Origin: Gammaproteobacteria bacterium
Lineage (GTDB): Bacteria > Pseudomonadota > Gammaproteobacteria > CBDBNL01 > JAAOII01
Assembly: GCA_965209035.1 (NCBI GenBank)
Contig: OZ242372.1
Span: 416,001-480,000, forward strand
Direction of reading: 5' to 3'
DNA: 64,000 nucleotides
The translations under genes were made by a program, and so were the position numbers. A model generated the notes under the pieces. It made no database searches. It was given only the letters and a program-made list of their open reading frames with translations, and was not told the origin of the DNA. This document shows positions 10,072 to 18,652 of this stretch, piece after piece. The first letter of the stretch is position 1. Every line of letters starts with the position of its first letter.

Positions 10072-10413
10072 ATGGTCACAATATTGTTAAGCATCCTATC
10101 ATTGATAGGAGCCTTTATATCGTTAATACTCAGTATTTACTTTTTATTTTTATTTCTATTCTTGCTACGCGATCTCATCGATGATATTTTTTATCGCGAT
10201 GAAGAATCTGTTAGAACGATGCGAAAGATCGTCGCGGATGGAAAATATAAAAGTTTATGGAAGAACATCATTTACGGTCAATGTACCATGAAGCATGACC
10301 GGATTAAGACAGGTGTTTTTGCTCTGATAGACAAGAAAACTAACAAAATTGAAGTCAAAACCTGCTCACGGCCCGATAACGGATTAATCGCAAGCACGAC
10401 TCGCGATGCTTGA
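10072..10413 (+). CDS. Hypothetical membrane protein
   Basis: Long N-terminal hydrophobic segment; AT-rich; start at ATG 10072; no recognised family. Confidence 0.55.
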   Translation: MVTILLSILSLIGAFISLILSIYFLFLFLFLLRDLIDDIFYRDEESVRTMRKIVADGKYKSLWKNIIYGQCTMKHDRIKTGVFALIDKKTNKIEVKTCSRPDNGLIASTTRDA

Positions 10414-10433
10414 TGCTTGTTAATTGACACTTA

Positions 10434-11189
10434 ATGAATAACAATGTAAAGAAACCCTCTCAAACATTCAATCCCCAAGAGAACCGAAATACAAGATGGT
10501 GTTCTTGGGTTCCAAACACCAGCGGATCTATCTCTTTTTATACGGTAGGACGCAGTAAATATCCCGCCCCTGTCCTCACCCACTCGGAAAAAATACCATA
10601 TAAAGAAGGTGACCATTCCGAACCAAATAAAGTCCTCTCACATTACTTCACACCGGGGCAGTGCCCTCATCTATTTAAGTTCATTCATAGCAGACTAACG
10701 CAAGATGATATTGAAACACTAAGTCATCAAAACGGAAAACTTGTTTTTTCATGCGTGCACCAAGCACGGGATAACTATGACGGATATATCCCCATACCAA
10801 TCATCTTGTCCCAAACATGGTATAGAAAACTTCAAAGACTCCTTACTCGCCGTTTATACTTGCGAAAGGGCAAGAAAATTGTCCGAGGCATTCCTTATTT
10901 TTTGTTTTACTATGGAACTTATTTGTCTCCGCCCCAAAAAAAGGGTCACAAACCTTACAAAGGCGTTCAACACATCAAAGGAAAAATCATTGCTTTAATT
11001 TCTCCCAATAATCATGCCAATGAAAAAATAATAGAAAAGAGGTTAGATACCATAGATGGCATAAATTCTCTTTATACCGAATTAGAAGAAGCATTGAAAA
11101 AATCAAAAGAAACAATCATTGACAAAACAAAGCCTGTCGACGCCCATCTATATGCCGCTGATTTTGAACTGGCACGTAACGGCATATGA
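10434..11189 (+). CDS. Hypothetical protein
   Basis: 251-codon ORF in AT-rich DNA; no recognised motif. Confidence 0.65.
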   Translation: MNNNVKKPSQTFNPQENRNTRWCSWVPNTSGSISFYTVGRSKYPAPVLTHSEKIPYKEGDHSEPNKVLSHYFTPGQCPHLFKFIHSRLTQDDIETLSHQNGKLVFSCVHQARDNYDGYIPIPIILSQTWYRKLQRLLTRRLYLRKGKKIVRGIPYFLFYYGTYLSPPQKKGHKPYKGVQHIKGKIIALISPNNHANEKIIEKRLDTIDGINSLYTELEEALKKSKETIIDKTKPVDAHLYAADFELARNGI

Positions 11190-11193
11190 AAGC

Positions 11194-11595
11194 ATGCAAG
11201 AGTCTGCCGAGGCATTAATTCAAAAACAGGATTTTCAAAACGAACACAAATTAAATCGAAGAAAGTGGTTTTATGGGATCATTACGGTATTCCTTTTAGT
11301 AACCTTAGATCAATCTGAAACAACAAGTTTTCTAAAAAATTTGTTCAACAACAATTCTTACTTTCTCATATATTACTTTGCCATAATGTTTCTCTTTTGT
11401 GTGGTATGGACATTGATAGGATGGATGTTCGTTTACCAAACCTCTGCAGGTTGGCTGCAAAATGCAGGATTAGAACTATCCAGTTATCCTCTCAAACTAA
11501 TTCCTTGTACTCGTAAAATAATCTTATTATTAATTTCATTGGGCGTTCTAATCTTTTTCAGCTTCTTAACTCTTTATTTGTTCTCTACTTCTTAG
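11194..11595 (+). CDS. Hypothetical multi-pass membrane protein (may be the frameshifted C-terminus of the previous ORF)
   Basis: About three hydrophobic segments. The frame is open from 11119 and overlaps the end of 10434-11189; ATG at 11194. Confidence 0.55.
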   Translation: MQESAEALIQKQDFQNEHKLNRRKWFYGIITVFLLVTLDQSETTSFLKNLFNNNSYFLIYYFAIMFLFCVVWTLIGWMFVYQTSAGWLQNAGLELSSYPLKLIPCTRKIILLLISLGVLIFFSFLTLYLFSTS

Positions 11596-11655
11596 AAACC
11601 ATCAAACCGTAAATTATCACAACCGCTGGTTTATTAATCCGGCACCCTACCACAA

Positions 11656-11748
11656 CCGAACTTCAAGTAAGCTGCCAAAAGACATCTCCGTCCGGAAAGC
11701 AAATGCTATGTTGTGGCAGGCGGAGATGCCGATGCGGCTTAGTTGCGG
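11656..11748 (+). ncRNA. Candidate structured RNA (long irregular hairpin)
   Basis: taagctgc (11668-75) pairs with gcggctta (11734-41); catctccgtc pairs with ggcggagatg; ccgaac can pair with gtt-g-cgg. G-U pairs favour the plus strand. Confidence 0.35.
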
Positions 11749-11820
11749 ACGAGTACATGATTTTTGACAACATCCGAGTTTAATCGCCAAACCATAAAGA
11801 ATAAAAAAATGATACTTATT

Positions 11821-11992
11821 TGCATAACATCAGCAAGGTTTTGAACCGGGAGTTTGATGGCATGCGTCCCAAATCCCGGAAAATTAAAGTTCTGCCGGCA
11901 GGCATTCAAAAGTCCCCATTACGCCTTTCAACAACTCTCTATATTGGTTTGGATAAAAATACAAAGAGTTAAAAAGTGAGCGGAACTATACA
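11821..11992 (+). mobile_element. Degenerate MITE of the IS481-family element
   Basis: Starts tgcataacatcagcaaggtt...gagtttg...tgcgtcc...gttctgccgg and ends ccccatta...aacaactctc...actataca; collinear with the 9555-9908 MITE but more deleted and diverged. Confidence 0.65.
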
Positions 11993-12063
11993 ACTGAGAT
12001 CGCATTCGGCTCTTTGATGGTATGATTCCAAGAGATTTTTTTATACAGACACCCAAAGTCCCG

Positions 12064-12157
12064 TGTATCATCGCGTCCGATTTTGGACTCTTTTCGCGAA
12101 CGCGCAATGAACACACAATGCCAAACTCAGAGTCCGGAACCTTTATGAGATCATGCA
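12064..12157 (-). mobile_element. Short MITE of the IS481-family element
   Basis: 12115-12157 (cacaatgccaaactcagagtccggaacctttatgagatcatgca) nearly equals IS 44657-44700; 12064 onward resembles a decayed right end. Confidence 0.75.
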
Positions 12158-12299
12158 TCCGATGCTATCGTGCATTTTGTCTTACCGGCTTCGGCATAAA
12201 ATAGGATTAAGATGATAAACAAGCCGAAACAAAGACTGTTCATATTCAACTATTCAACCGGGATCTTGCCGAAAATAGCGCGTTCTTTTACCGAATCCA

Positions 12300-13481
12300 A
12301 TGAAAAACAAAAAAGAATCGCCGGACTTTGATGTTGTGATCGTCGGCGGCGGCCTGGTGGGTGCCTCGCTTGCGCTTGCTCTCGACACAGCCGGCCGCTA
12401 TCGTATCGGCATCATAGAACCCAATCCGCCGCCAAAGTTTGACCCGTCCAAAACGGACCTACGGGTAACCGCCTTGAATAACTTCAGTGTTAATCTCCTA
12501 AAAAAACTTGCGGTCTGGGAGCGGGTACTCGGCATGCGCGCCGCCCCTTTTTGCAAGGTCGTTGCTTGGGAAGAAAGCGTGACTCCGCTGCGGTTTGACG
12601 CCAAAGAGATCGGCATGGCACAACTTGGTTATATGGTAGAAAATACCGTTTTACTCAACGCGCTAACGGACAGTATTAACCAAAGTTCCAAGATCACTGT
12701 GATTCGTCAGGCCGCAAACAATGTCCTGGTAAATGCCCGGGCAAACGAAGAACCCGCTCGGATCACCCTTGCCGACGGCAAGGTCTTGACCGCCCGTTTG
12801 GTAGTCGGGGCGGACGGCTATCGCTCGCTTGTCCGCGGCAAAATGCAAGTCGGCAGCATTGAGCTCCGCCATCCGCAAAAAGCCCTGGTCTTGCATATCA
12901 AGACGCCCTATCCGCAACGGGATACCACCTGGCAAAGATTTACACCAACGGGAGCTCAGGCGTTTCTGCCGATGACGGGCAACAACGCCTCCCTGGTCTG
13001 GTATAACACCCCGGGCTATGCGGATTACTTGGCAACTCTTGAACCGGAAAAATTATGTGAACATCTGGTGCGTGCCTTCCCGGCGAAACTGGGCAAGGTA
13101 AGCGTTCAAAATAGAGTTTCCATTCCGATTGTCAGCCATCACGCACAAAGATATTTCCGGGACAGAGCGGTTCTGATCGGCGATGCGGCCCATTCGGTGC
13201 ATCCTCTGGCGGGACTGGGAGCAAACCTCGGATTACAAGACGTTAGTGTTCTTGCCAAAAAACTAACCGAAGGAGAAGACTTCGGACCAGCCGAGTTGGC
13301 CTCTTACGAACGGGAGAGAAAGCACGCAAATCTGTTGTTTGTGGCAGGATTGGAAGCGATCTATCATACTTTTGACACCGCGTCTCCGCTATTAGGTGCC
13401 TTACGCAGAACCGCTCTGCTGGGCGGCAGGCTGCCGCTTATTAAAAAATTCTTAATGCAATCCGCTCTCGGCGGAAATTAA
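12300..13481 (+). CDS. UbiH/UbiF/UbiI family FAD-dependent hydroxylase (ubiquinone biosynthesis)
   Basis: IVGGGLVG, LVVGADG and LIGDAAHSVHPLAGLGANLG. Confidence 0.88.
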   Translation: MKNKKESPDFDVVIVGGGLVGASLALALDTAGRYRIGIIEPNPPPKFDPSKTDLRVTALNNFSVNLLKKLAVWERVLGMRAAPFCKVVAWEESVTPLRFDAKEIGMAQLGYMVENTVLLNALTDSINQSSKITVIRQAANNVLVNARANEEPARITLADGKVLTARLVVGADGYRSLVRGKMQVGSIELRHPQKALVLHIKTPYPQRDTTWQRFTPTGAQAFLPMTGNNASLVWYNTPGYADYLATLEPEKLCEHLVRAFPAKLGKVSVQNRVSIPIVSHHAQRYFRDRAVLIGDAAHSVHPLAGLGANLGLQDVSVLAKKLTEGEDFGPAELASYERERKHANLLFVAGLEAIYHTFDTASPLLGALRRTALLGGRLPLIKKFLMQSALGGN

Positions 13482-13593
13482 GCCGCTCAATCATCCGGTG
13501 AACGACGCTCTTGTCAGGACAGTAGATTACATTGCATGCAATGTCAATACATTGCCAATACAACGCAACAGATTAACGAATTAACGGCACATC

Positions 13594-13630
13594 AATTGAG
13601 AATTGAGAATTGAGAATTGAGAATTGAGAA
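13594..13630. repeat. Heptamer tandem repeat (AATTGAG)x5
   Basis: Five perfect copies abutting the 3' end of tRNA-Pro. Confidence 0.9.
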
Positions 13631-13705
13631 TCGGGGTAGAGAGATTCGAACTCCCGACTTCCTGCTCCCAAAGCAGGCGCGCTAACCAAACTGCGCCATA
13701 CCCCG
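13631..13705 (-). tRNA. tRNA-Pro(TGG), CCA not encoded
   Basis: cggggtatggcgcagtttggttagcgcgcctgctTTGGgagcagg...gttcgaatc...ccccga cloverleaf; anticodon TGG. Confidence 0.95.
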
Positions 13706-13829
13706 CGCTATTTTTAGAATTCTTTTGATTCCGGTTACCCCAAAGACTCGCGTTCTATTGAAACTCGCACTGTGAACGGCATCCGCCTCAGCAGTCCCTA
13801 AAAAAGAGCATCAAACATCAAAAAATCAA

Positions 13830-13893
13830 GCCGGGCGTTTATCGGTATCGTCCGTCCGCCAACACGGGCGGGATACCGAACAAACGCCGCCGG
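13830..13893 (-). terminator. GC-rich hairpin downstream of icd
   Basis: ggcgttt..tcggtatc..ccgt pairs with acgg..gataccga..aaacgcc directly after the icd stop. Confidence 0.55.
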
Positions 13894-15153
13894 TTATTCC
13901 ATATTTTTGACGATCTCTTCGCCAAACTGCGAGCACTTCAGCAGTTCGGCATTCTCCATCAGTCTGTGAAAATCATAGGTAACCCGTTTGGAAGCGATCG
14001 TCTTCTCAATGGAACGAAGGATCAAATCCGCCGCTTCCGGCCAACCGAGATGCCGCAACATCATTTCGCCGGACAAAATAAGAGAACTCGGGTTCACCAT
14101 ATCCTTACCCGCGTACTTGGGGGCGGTGCCGTGTGTGGCTTCAAACATCGCATAGGGCGCGCCAATATTGGCACCGGGGGCAATGCCGATCCCGCCGACC
14201 TGTGCCGCCAACGCATCGGAAATGTAATCACCGTTTAAGTTCATTGTCGCGACCACGCTGATATCACTCGGCCGCAACAAGATTAATTGTAAGAAGGCAT
14301 CCGCAATCGCATCTTTGATGACGATGTCTTTGCCCGTGTCGGGGTTCTTGATCACATGCCAGGGGCCGCCGTCCCAAGGCACGGCACCATAGGCATCGCG
14401 CGCCAGTTCGTATCCCCACTCCTTAAAAGCGCCTTCGGTGAACTTCATAATGTTTCCTTTATGCACCAGAGTAACAGACGGGCAATCGTTGGCAATAGCA
14501 TAATCAATCGCCATCTTCACCAAACGCTTGGTGCCAAATGCCGAGATCGGCTTGATACCAATGCCGATGTCCTTGTCTTGTTTGATCTTGGTGACACCCA
14601 TTTCGTCCCGTAAAAAAGCCAAGAGTTTCGCAACTTCCGGTGTATTCGCTTGCCATTCAACACCCGCATAGATGTCTTCGGAATTTTCGCGAAAGATGCA
14701 GGCATTCAATTTCTGCGGTTCGCGCACCGGGCTGGGCACTCCTTGAAACCAACGCACCGGTCTCTGACAAGTGAACAGATCCAATTGTTGCCGCAACGCC
14801 ACATTCAACGAGCGGATGCCGCCGCCCACGGGAGTTGTCAGAGGACCCTTGATACCAACCAGGTATTCTCTCATCGCTTTCAAGGTCTCAGCCGGAAGCC
14901 ACACTTCCTCTGCGTAAACCTTGTTCGCTTTTTCGCCGGCAAAAATTTCCATCCAAACGATTTTGCGTTCGCCCCGATAGGCCTTTGCTATGGCCGCATC
15001 CAGGACGGCATGCATCGCCGGTGTAATATCCACGCCGATGCCGTCCCCTTCTATGTAAGCGATAATCGGATTCTGCGGAACTCGCAGACTGCCGTCTTCG
15101 GCAACCGTAATTTTTTCTCCTTCGGTAGGAAGGCTTATTTTTTCAAATGACAT
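13894..15153 (-). CDS. icd: NADP-dependent isocitrate dehydrogenase
   Basis: [46 protein letters not shown] and [12 protein letters not shown]. Confidence 0.97.
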   Translation of the reverse strand: MSFEKISLPTEGEKITVAEDGSLRVPQNPIIAYIEGDGIGVDITPAMHAVLDAAIAKAYRGERKIVWMEIFAGEKANKVYAEEVWLPAETLKAMREYLVGIKGPLTTPVGGGIRSLNVALRQQLDLFTCQRPVRWFQGVPSPVREPQKLNACIFRENSEDIYAGVEWQANTPEVAKLLAFLRDEMGVTKIKQDKDIGIGIKPISAFGTKRLVKMAIDYAIANDCPSVTLVHKGNIMKFTEGAFKEWGYELARDAYGAVPWDGGPWHVIKNPDTGKDIVIKDAIADAFLQLILLRPSDISVVATMNLNGDYISDALAAQVGGIGIAPGANIGAPYAMFEATHGTAPKYAGKDMVNPSSLILSGEMMLRHLGWPEAADLILRSIEKTIASKRVTYDFHRLMENAELLKCSQFGEEIVKNME

Positions 15154-15241
15154 AATAGTACCCAATAAATAATTATTAAAACAACTCCGCTCAAAAATGT
15201 GTGCTTGTTTTCACAAGATGCGGATAACATTATTATAAGTA

Positions 15242-16300
15242 TTATTTGGTAAAAATTTTGAACCCTTTGGTCCGTTTTGGACTCTTGAACCGCTCTCGTC
15301 TCCGGGCGGGAGCAATGAACAAACTCCTCACCATCGCGTTGCGTTTCATCACTCGCATCAAAATACTGACAAACAACAGACTAACAAAAAGACGGGCAAA
15401 CAAAATAGCGGAAAGATCCGCACCCAGAACCAACAGCAACAAGGTGTCTTCTATGATGGCATGACAAAGGCTGAGAAAAATGACCGTCCCCGCCAGGTCT
15501 TCCACAGGGTAAGAGTGGCGTTTTGTTTGCGCTATGATGTAGCCGCTGCTATAAGTTAATCCCAGCAGAGTTCCCAGTGCGGTGATGTGTGCCAGTTGAT
15601 TGGAAATCCCCAATAACCGCAAAAACGGCTGCATCAGATACTCAAAAAATGCAATGATCCGCAGCTGCTTCATCACCTCCACCGCAAGAATCAAAATACA
15701 CACCAAGAAACTCAAAATGATCAGCGAGCGCAGATCAAACAACAGCAGCGACCATAAACTCGCCGCGGTCTCGTCCCGATATTGCATCCAAAAGAAAAAA
15801 ACTTCCTTTTGCATCACGGGGAAAAATCTATACGCAAAATGCAAGCACATTCCGAGTGCCATGGCGACCAGCAGCCGGGTCAATACAATGCTAAAAAAAC
15901 GGACACGCATGGCCTGGGTAATGCGCGCTTCCACAGGCAAAGAATGAGCGATAAGAATTACTGTCCCCAAGATACTCATCTGCCCGATCGTCAAGGACCT
16001 GTCCGCCCCAAGTTGTGCCAAGACAGCCAAGGCGGCATACAGGTTGGAAAGAATTGCGGTAACCCACACCAAACTCGTCCATTCCGGCAAGCCCAAGGGT
16101 GCCATCAAAAAAGAAAAGAAGTAATTCAGATACACATCGGCACCCCAAAACTTCAACAACCGCATAATGATGACAGCGGGTAGCATCCATTTCAAGACAC
16201 CATAGCTACCTTGAAAGGCATGCAACAACGCCGCCCGCCAAAACGCCCCGCCAAGCAGCGGCGAAAAAATTGGGTTATTCAAAAAGAATGATGTATCCGG
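15242..16300 (-). CDS. Multi-pass membrane protein, nucleoside-recognition GATE domain-like; start uncertain
   Basis: About nine hydrophobic segments; PLMxPLGLP-like, AHSLPVE and CHAIIEDTLL motifs. The ORF-track start (16348) overlaps tRNA-Leu, so the true start lies downstream of it. Confidence 0.7.
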   Translation of the reverse strand, partial: PDTSFFLNNPIFSPLLGGAFWRAALLHAFQGSYGVLKWMLPAVIIMRLLKFWGADVYLNYFFSFLMAPLGLPEWTSLVWVTAILSNLYAALAVLAQLGADRSLTIGQMSILGTVILIAHSLPVEARITQAMRVRFFSIVLTRLLVAMALGMCLHFAYRFFPVMQKEVFFFWMQYRDETAASLWSLLLFDLRSLIILSFLVCILILAVEVMKQLRIIAFFEYLMQPFLRLLGISNQLAHITALGTLLGLTYSSGYIIAQTKRHSYPVEDLAGTVIFLSLCHAIIEDTLLLLVLGADLSAILFARLFVSLLFVSILMRVMKRNAMVRSLFIAPARRRERFKSPKRTKGFKIFTK

Positions 16301-16321
16301 CGGATCATCGGCAAGAAATAA

Positions 16322-16403
16322 TGCCCGGGGCCGGACTTGAACCGGCACACCCGAAGGCGCAAGATTTTAAGTCTTGTGTGTCTACCAATTCCACCACCCG
16401 GGC
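16322..16403 (-). tRNA. tRNA-Leu(TAA), CCA not encoded
   Basis: gcccgggtggtggaattggtagacacacaagacTTAAaatcttg..., long variable arm, ggttcaagtcc. Confidence 0.95.
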
Positions 16404-16593
16404 ACTGAAAACCATATCAAAATTATATCCTCCGACACGCAAACAAACGGCACACTATCCGATATTCCTCCGGCATTCATCCGATGTTCTTAGCGGACGG
16501 CGGCGTTTTTTTCTTCCGCTTGATCATCACTTGCAATTCTGCTTTAATAAGAACAAAGATACCAACTCCTCGTCACCGCCTCTTTCAATCCAA

Positions 16594-16664
16594 AGGCCAA
16601 GGTCGGAATCGAACCGGCGTCCACGGATTTGCAGTCCGCTGCATAACCACTCTGCCACTTGGCC
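16594..16664 (-). tRNA. tRNA-Cys(GCA), CCA not encoded
   Basis: ggccaagtggcagagtggttatgcagcggactGCAaatccg...ggttcgattcc...ttggcct. Confidence 0.95.
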
Positions 16665-16734
16665 GTTTATTATTAACTTTTAAACTTTTAAATCACCAAA
16701 TCGCTAATAAACTATTAACAATGTGAGATGCAAA

Positions 16735-16810
16735 TGGAGCGGGAAACGAGATTCGAACTCGCGACCCCAACCTTGGCAAGGTTGTACTCTACCAGCTGAG
16801 CTATTCCCGC
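16735..16810 (-). tRNA. tRNA-Gly(GCC), CCA encoded
   Basis: gcgggaatagctcagctggtagagtacaacctTGCCaaggttg...gttcgaatc...cccgctcca. Confidence 0.97.
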
Positions 16811-16844
16811 ACTTTATTTCTGTTATTATATGTAAAGACATAGT

Positions 16845-17307
16845 CCGCCAAACCAACGCACAGAGTACAATTATCATAAACTGAATTAAGATTAATATGT
16901 CCGAATTAAACACTGTCCTGCCGGGGGATACAATGCGATTGATACACACCATAAAAGATGATTCCGTCGATCTGATCGTTTGTGACGGTCCCTATGGCGT
17001 CACCGACAATGCATGGGATAACACAAAAGAGAGTATCCAATCCTATAACTTGAAGTTAATTAAATTATTTGCCGCCAAACCAACGCATAGAGTATAATTA
17101 TCATAAACTGAATTAAGATTGATATGTCCGAATTAAACACTGTCCTGCCGGGGGATGCAATGCGGTTGATACACACCATAAAAGATGATTCCGTCGATCT
17201 GATTGTTTGTGACGGCCCCTATGGCGTCACCGACAATGCATGGGATAACCTCCAAGAGAGCATCCAATCCTATAACCTGAAGTTAATTAAATTATTTGCC
17301 GCCAAAC
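16845..17307 (+). repeat. 227-bp tandem duplication of the methyltransferase promoter and 5' end
   Basis: Period 227; the 9-mer ccgccaaac occurs at 16845, 17072 and 17299; the copies differ by several substitutions. Confidence 0.92.
16897..17097 (+). pseudogene. Truncated duplicate of the methyltransferase N-terminus (66 aa)
   Basis: First ca. 61 aa nearly identical to 17124-17960; stops just after the duplication junction. Confidence 0.85.
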
Positions 17308-17960
17308 TCAAAAGCGGTGGCTCCTTATATCTTTTTGGCAAAAGCGATTGCATTGATTTCATAGACTATCGTCCGTTTCTTTTTTTAAAAAGAAAAATAG
17401 TATGGTTTCAGCCAAGCAGATTGGCACAAGGAAGGATTAATTACACCAACAACTATGATTTAATCTGCTTTTTTGTTAAAGGCACAAAACCCAAAACCTT
17501 TAACCTGGATGCCATAAGAATTCCGCAAATAACGGAGCTGACGCATCGCAAAAGATGTGAAAATGTGCCATCCGTAACCAACGGGAAATGGGGTAAAACG
17601 AAGTTTAATGACAAGGGAAAGAACCCGGGCGATGTGTGGGGAGATATCAAGCAACTCACTTATAAATCCAAGGAACTTGTAAGCAGACACGCGTTGAATA
17701 CCATTCAAAAACCGGAAGAGTTAATAAAACGATTAATCTTGGCAAGCAGTAACGAGGGGGATCTGGTGCTGGACCCTTTTGCGGGAACCGGCACATGCCC
17801 GGCGATCTGTGTCAGGCACAATCGGAATTTCATTGCTTTTGAATGCGAACCCACTTACTTGGAAGAATGCCATAAACGGATTAAAAAAGAATTTATGATA
17901 AAGCAAAGGAACAAACTAAAAAAAGAAGAAAACTTATTTGATGAAGCATATCTACAATAA
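17124..17960 (+). CDS. Beta-class N4-C/N6-A DNA methyltransferase
   Basis: N-terminal motif IV variant DLIVCDGPY; NPGDVW; QKP; C-terminal motif I VLDPFAGTGT. Confidence 0.9.
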   Translation: MSELNTVLPGDAMRLIHTIKDDSVDLIVCDGPYGVTDNAWDNLQESIQSYNLKLIKLFAAKLKSGGSLYLFGKSDCIDFIDYRPFLFLKRKIVWFQPSRLAQGRINYTNNYDLICFFVKGTKPKTFNLDAIRIPQITELTHRKRCENVPSVTNGKWGKTKFNDKGKNPGDVWGDIKQLTYKSKELVSRHALNTIQKPEELIKRLILASSNEGDLVLDPFAGTGTCPAICVRHNRNFIAFECEPTYLEECHKRIKKEFMIKQRNKLKKEENLFDEAYLQ

Positions 17961-18432
17961 AATAATAACACTAGTCATAGAGGCACAACAATTAGCCCTT
18001 TCGGCAGGAATTCCAAACATATTACAACCAGGATTAATTAAAGAAATGGTTATCGCAAACATGCTAGGGCATACGTTAATACATTCCAAAAGAGATGCTG
18101 ACGCACATCATCCGGAAAATAACACAATAAAATATGAATACTTGTCATGCTTAGAGGGAGGTACAGGACAATTAGATAGAATGTTTAAATCGCCTTTGGA
18201 TAAGCGGGAATCCTCTTTAAAACGTATAAGGCGGAACGATAAAATTTATTTCGCTATATTTTATAAAAGTAATCCCATAAAAATAAAAATCATTTATGAA
18301 ATAGAACCTCTCAAATTGGAAGAAGAGACCGAGGTGCAATTAGATAAAAGCCGAAATGAGATATCGCATGTAGGGTTTAGCGAAAAATGGGTAAAAAATA
18401 ATGGAATAATTGTGTATGAATCTTCCAAATAA
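17938..18432 (+). CDS. PvuII-like type II restriction endonuclease (putative)
   Basis: Aligns by eye with R.PvuII as recalled: QQLALSAGIPNILQ ~ QDLALKHGINDIFQ; DADA ~ GNDA; YEYLS ~ YELKS; FAIF; IYEIEP ~ IYRLEP; WVKNNGIIVY ~ YVMEHGTKIY. Overlaps the MTase stop. Confidence 0.72.
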   Translation: MMKHIYNKIITLVIEAQQLALSAGIPNILQPGLIKEMVIANMLGHTLIHSKRDADAHHPENNTIKYEYLSCLEGGTGQLDRMFKSPLDKRESSLKRIRRNDKIYFAIFYKSNPIKIKIIYEIEPLKLEEETEVQLDKSRNEISHVGFSEKWVKNNGIIVYESSK

Positions 18433-18553
18433 CTTTTAGACACCCGAAAAGCAAACAGTAAAATAGGACTTACTTCACATTATTATGCAATTTTGAATAA
18501 ACATTTACTCTATTCTTACATTCAAATAATGCTGCAAAAAGAAAAACTTGTTG

Positions 18554-18591
18554 CCTGATCGACAACAATATTGTCGTTTCAAATCCTGATC
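18554..18591. promoter_or_regulatory. Possible operator upstream of prpE
   Basis: Inverted repeat cgacaa-N5-ttgtcg (18560-18576) with cctgatc direct repeats at 18554 and 18585. Confidence 0.3.
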
Positions 18592-18652
18592 AAGATAGTT
18601 ATACTGAGTATAATTAATAACACTTATTTTATTAAAGGAGAGAAAAGAAGAA

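Noticed and set aside
9555-12157. Target-site duplications around the MITEs
   Set aside because: Flanks do not match exactly for the 9555, 11821 or 12064 copies, so none is claimed.
13529-13544. Perfect 16-bp palindrome acattgcatgcaatgt
   Set aside because: Lies between convergent genes, single occurrence, no supporting context.
13594-13630. Short repeat arrays (also 23184, 39799, and the 33-bp units at about 41870 and 42890) as CRISPR
   Set aside because: Contiguous tandem units with no unique spacers, and no cas genes in the window.
16270-16952. ORFs across the tRNA cluster
   Set aside because: Spurious translations of tRNA genes.
16811-18652. tRNA-anchored integrative element carrying the R-M pair
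   Set aside because: No integrase and no duplicated tRNA 3' end; the genes lie on the 5' side of the tRNA cluster.
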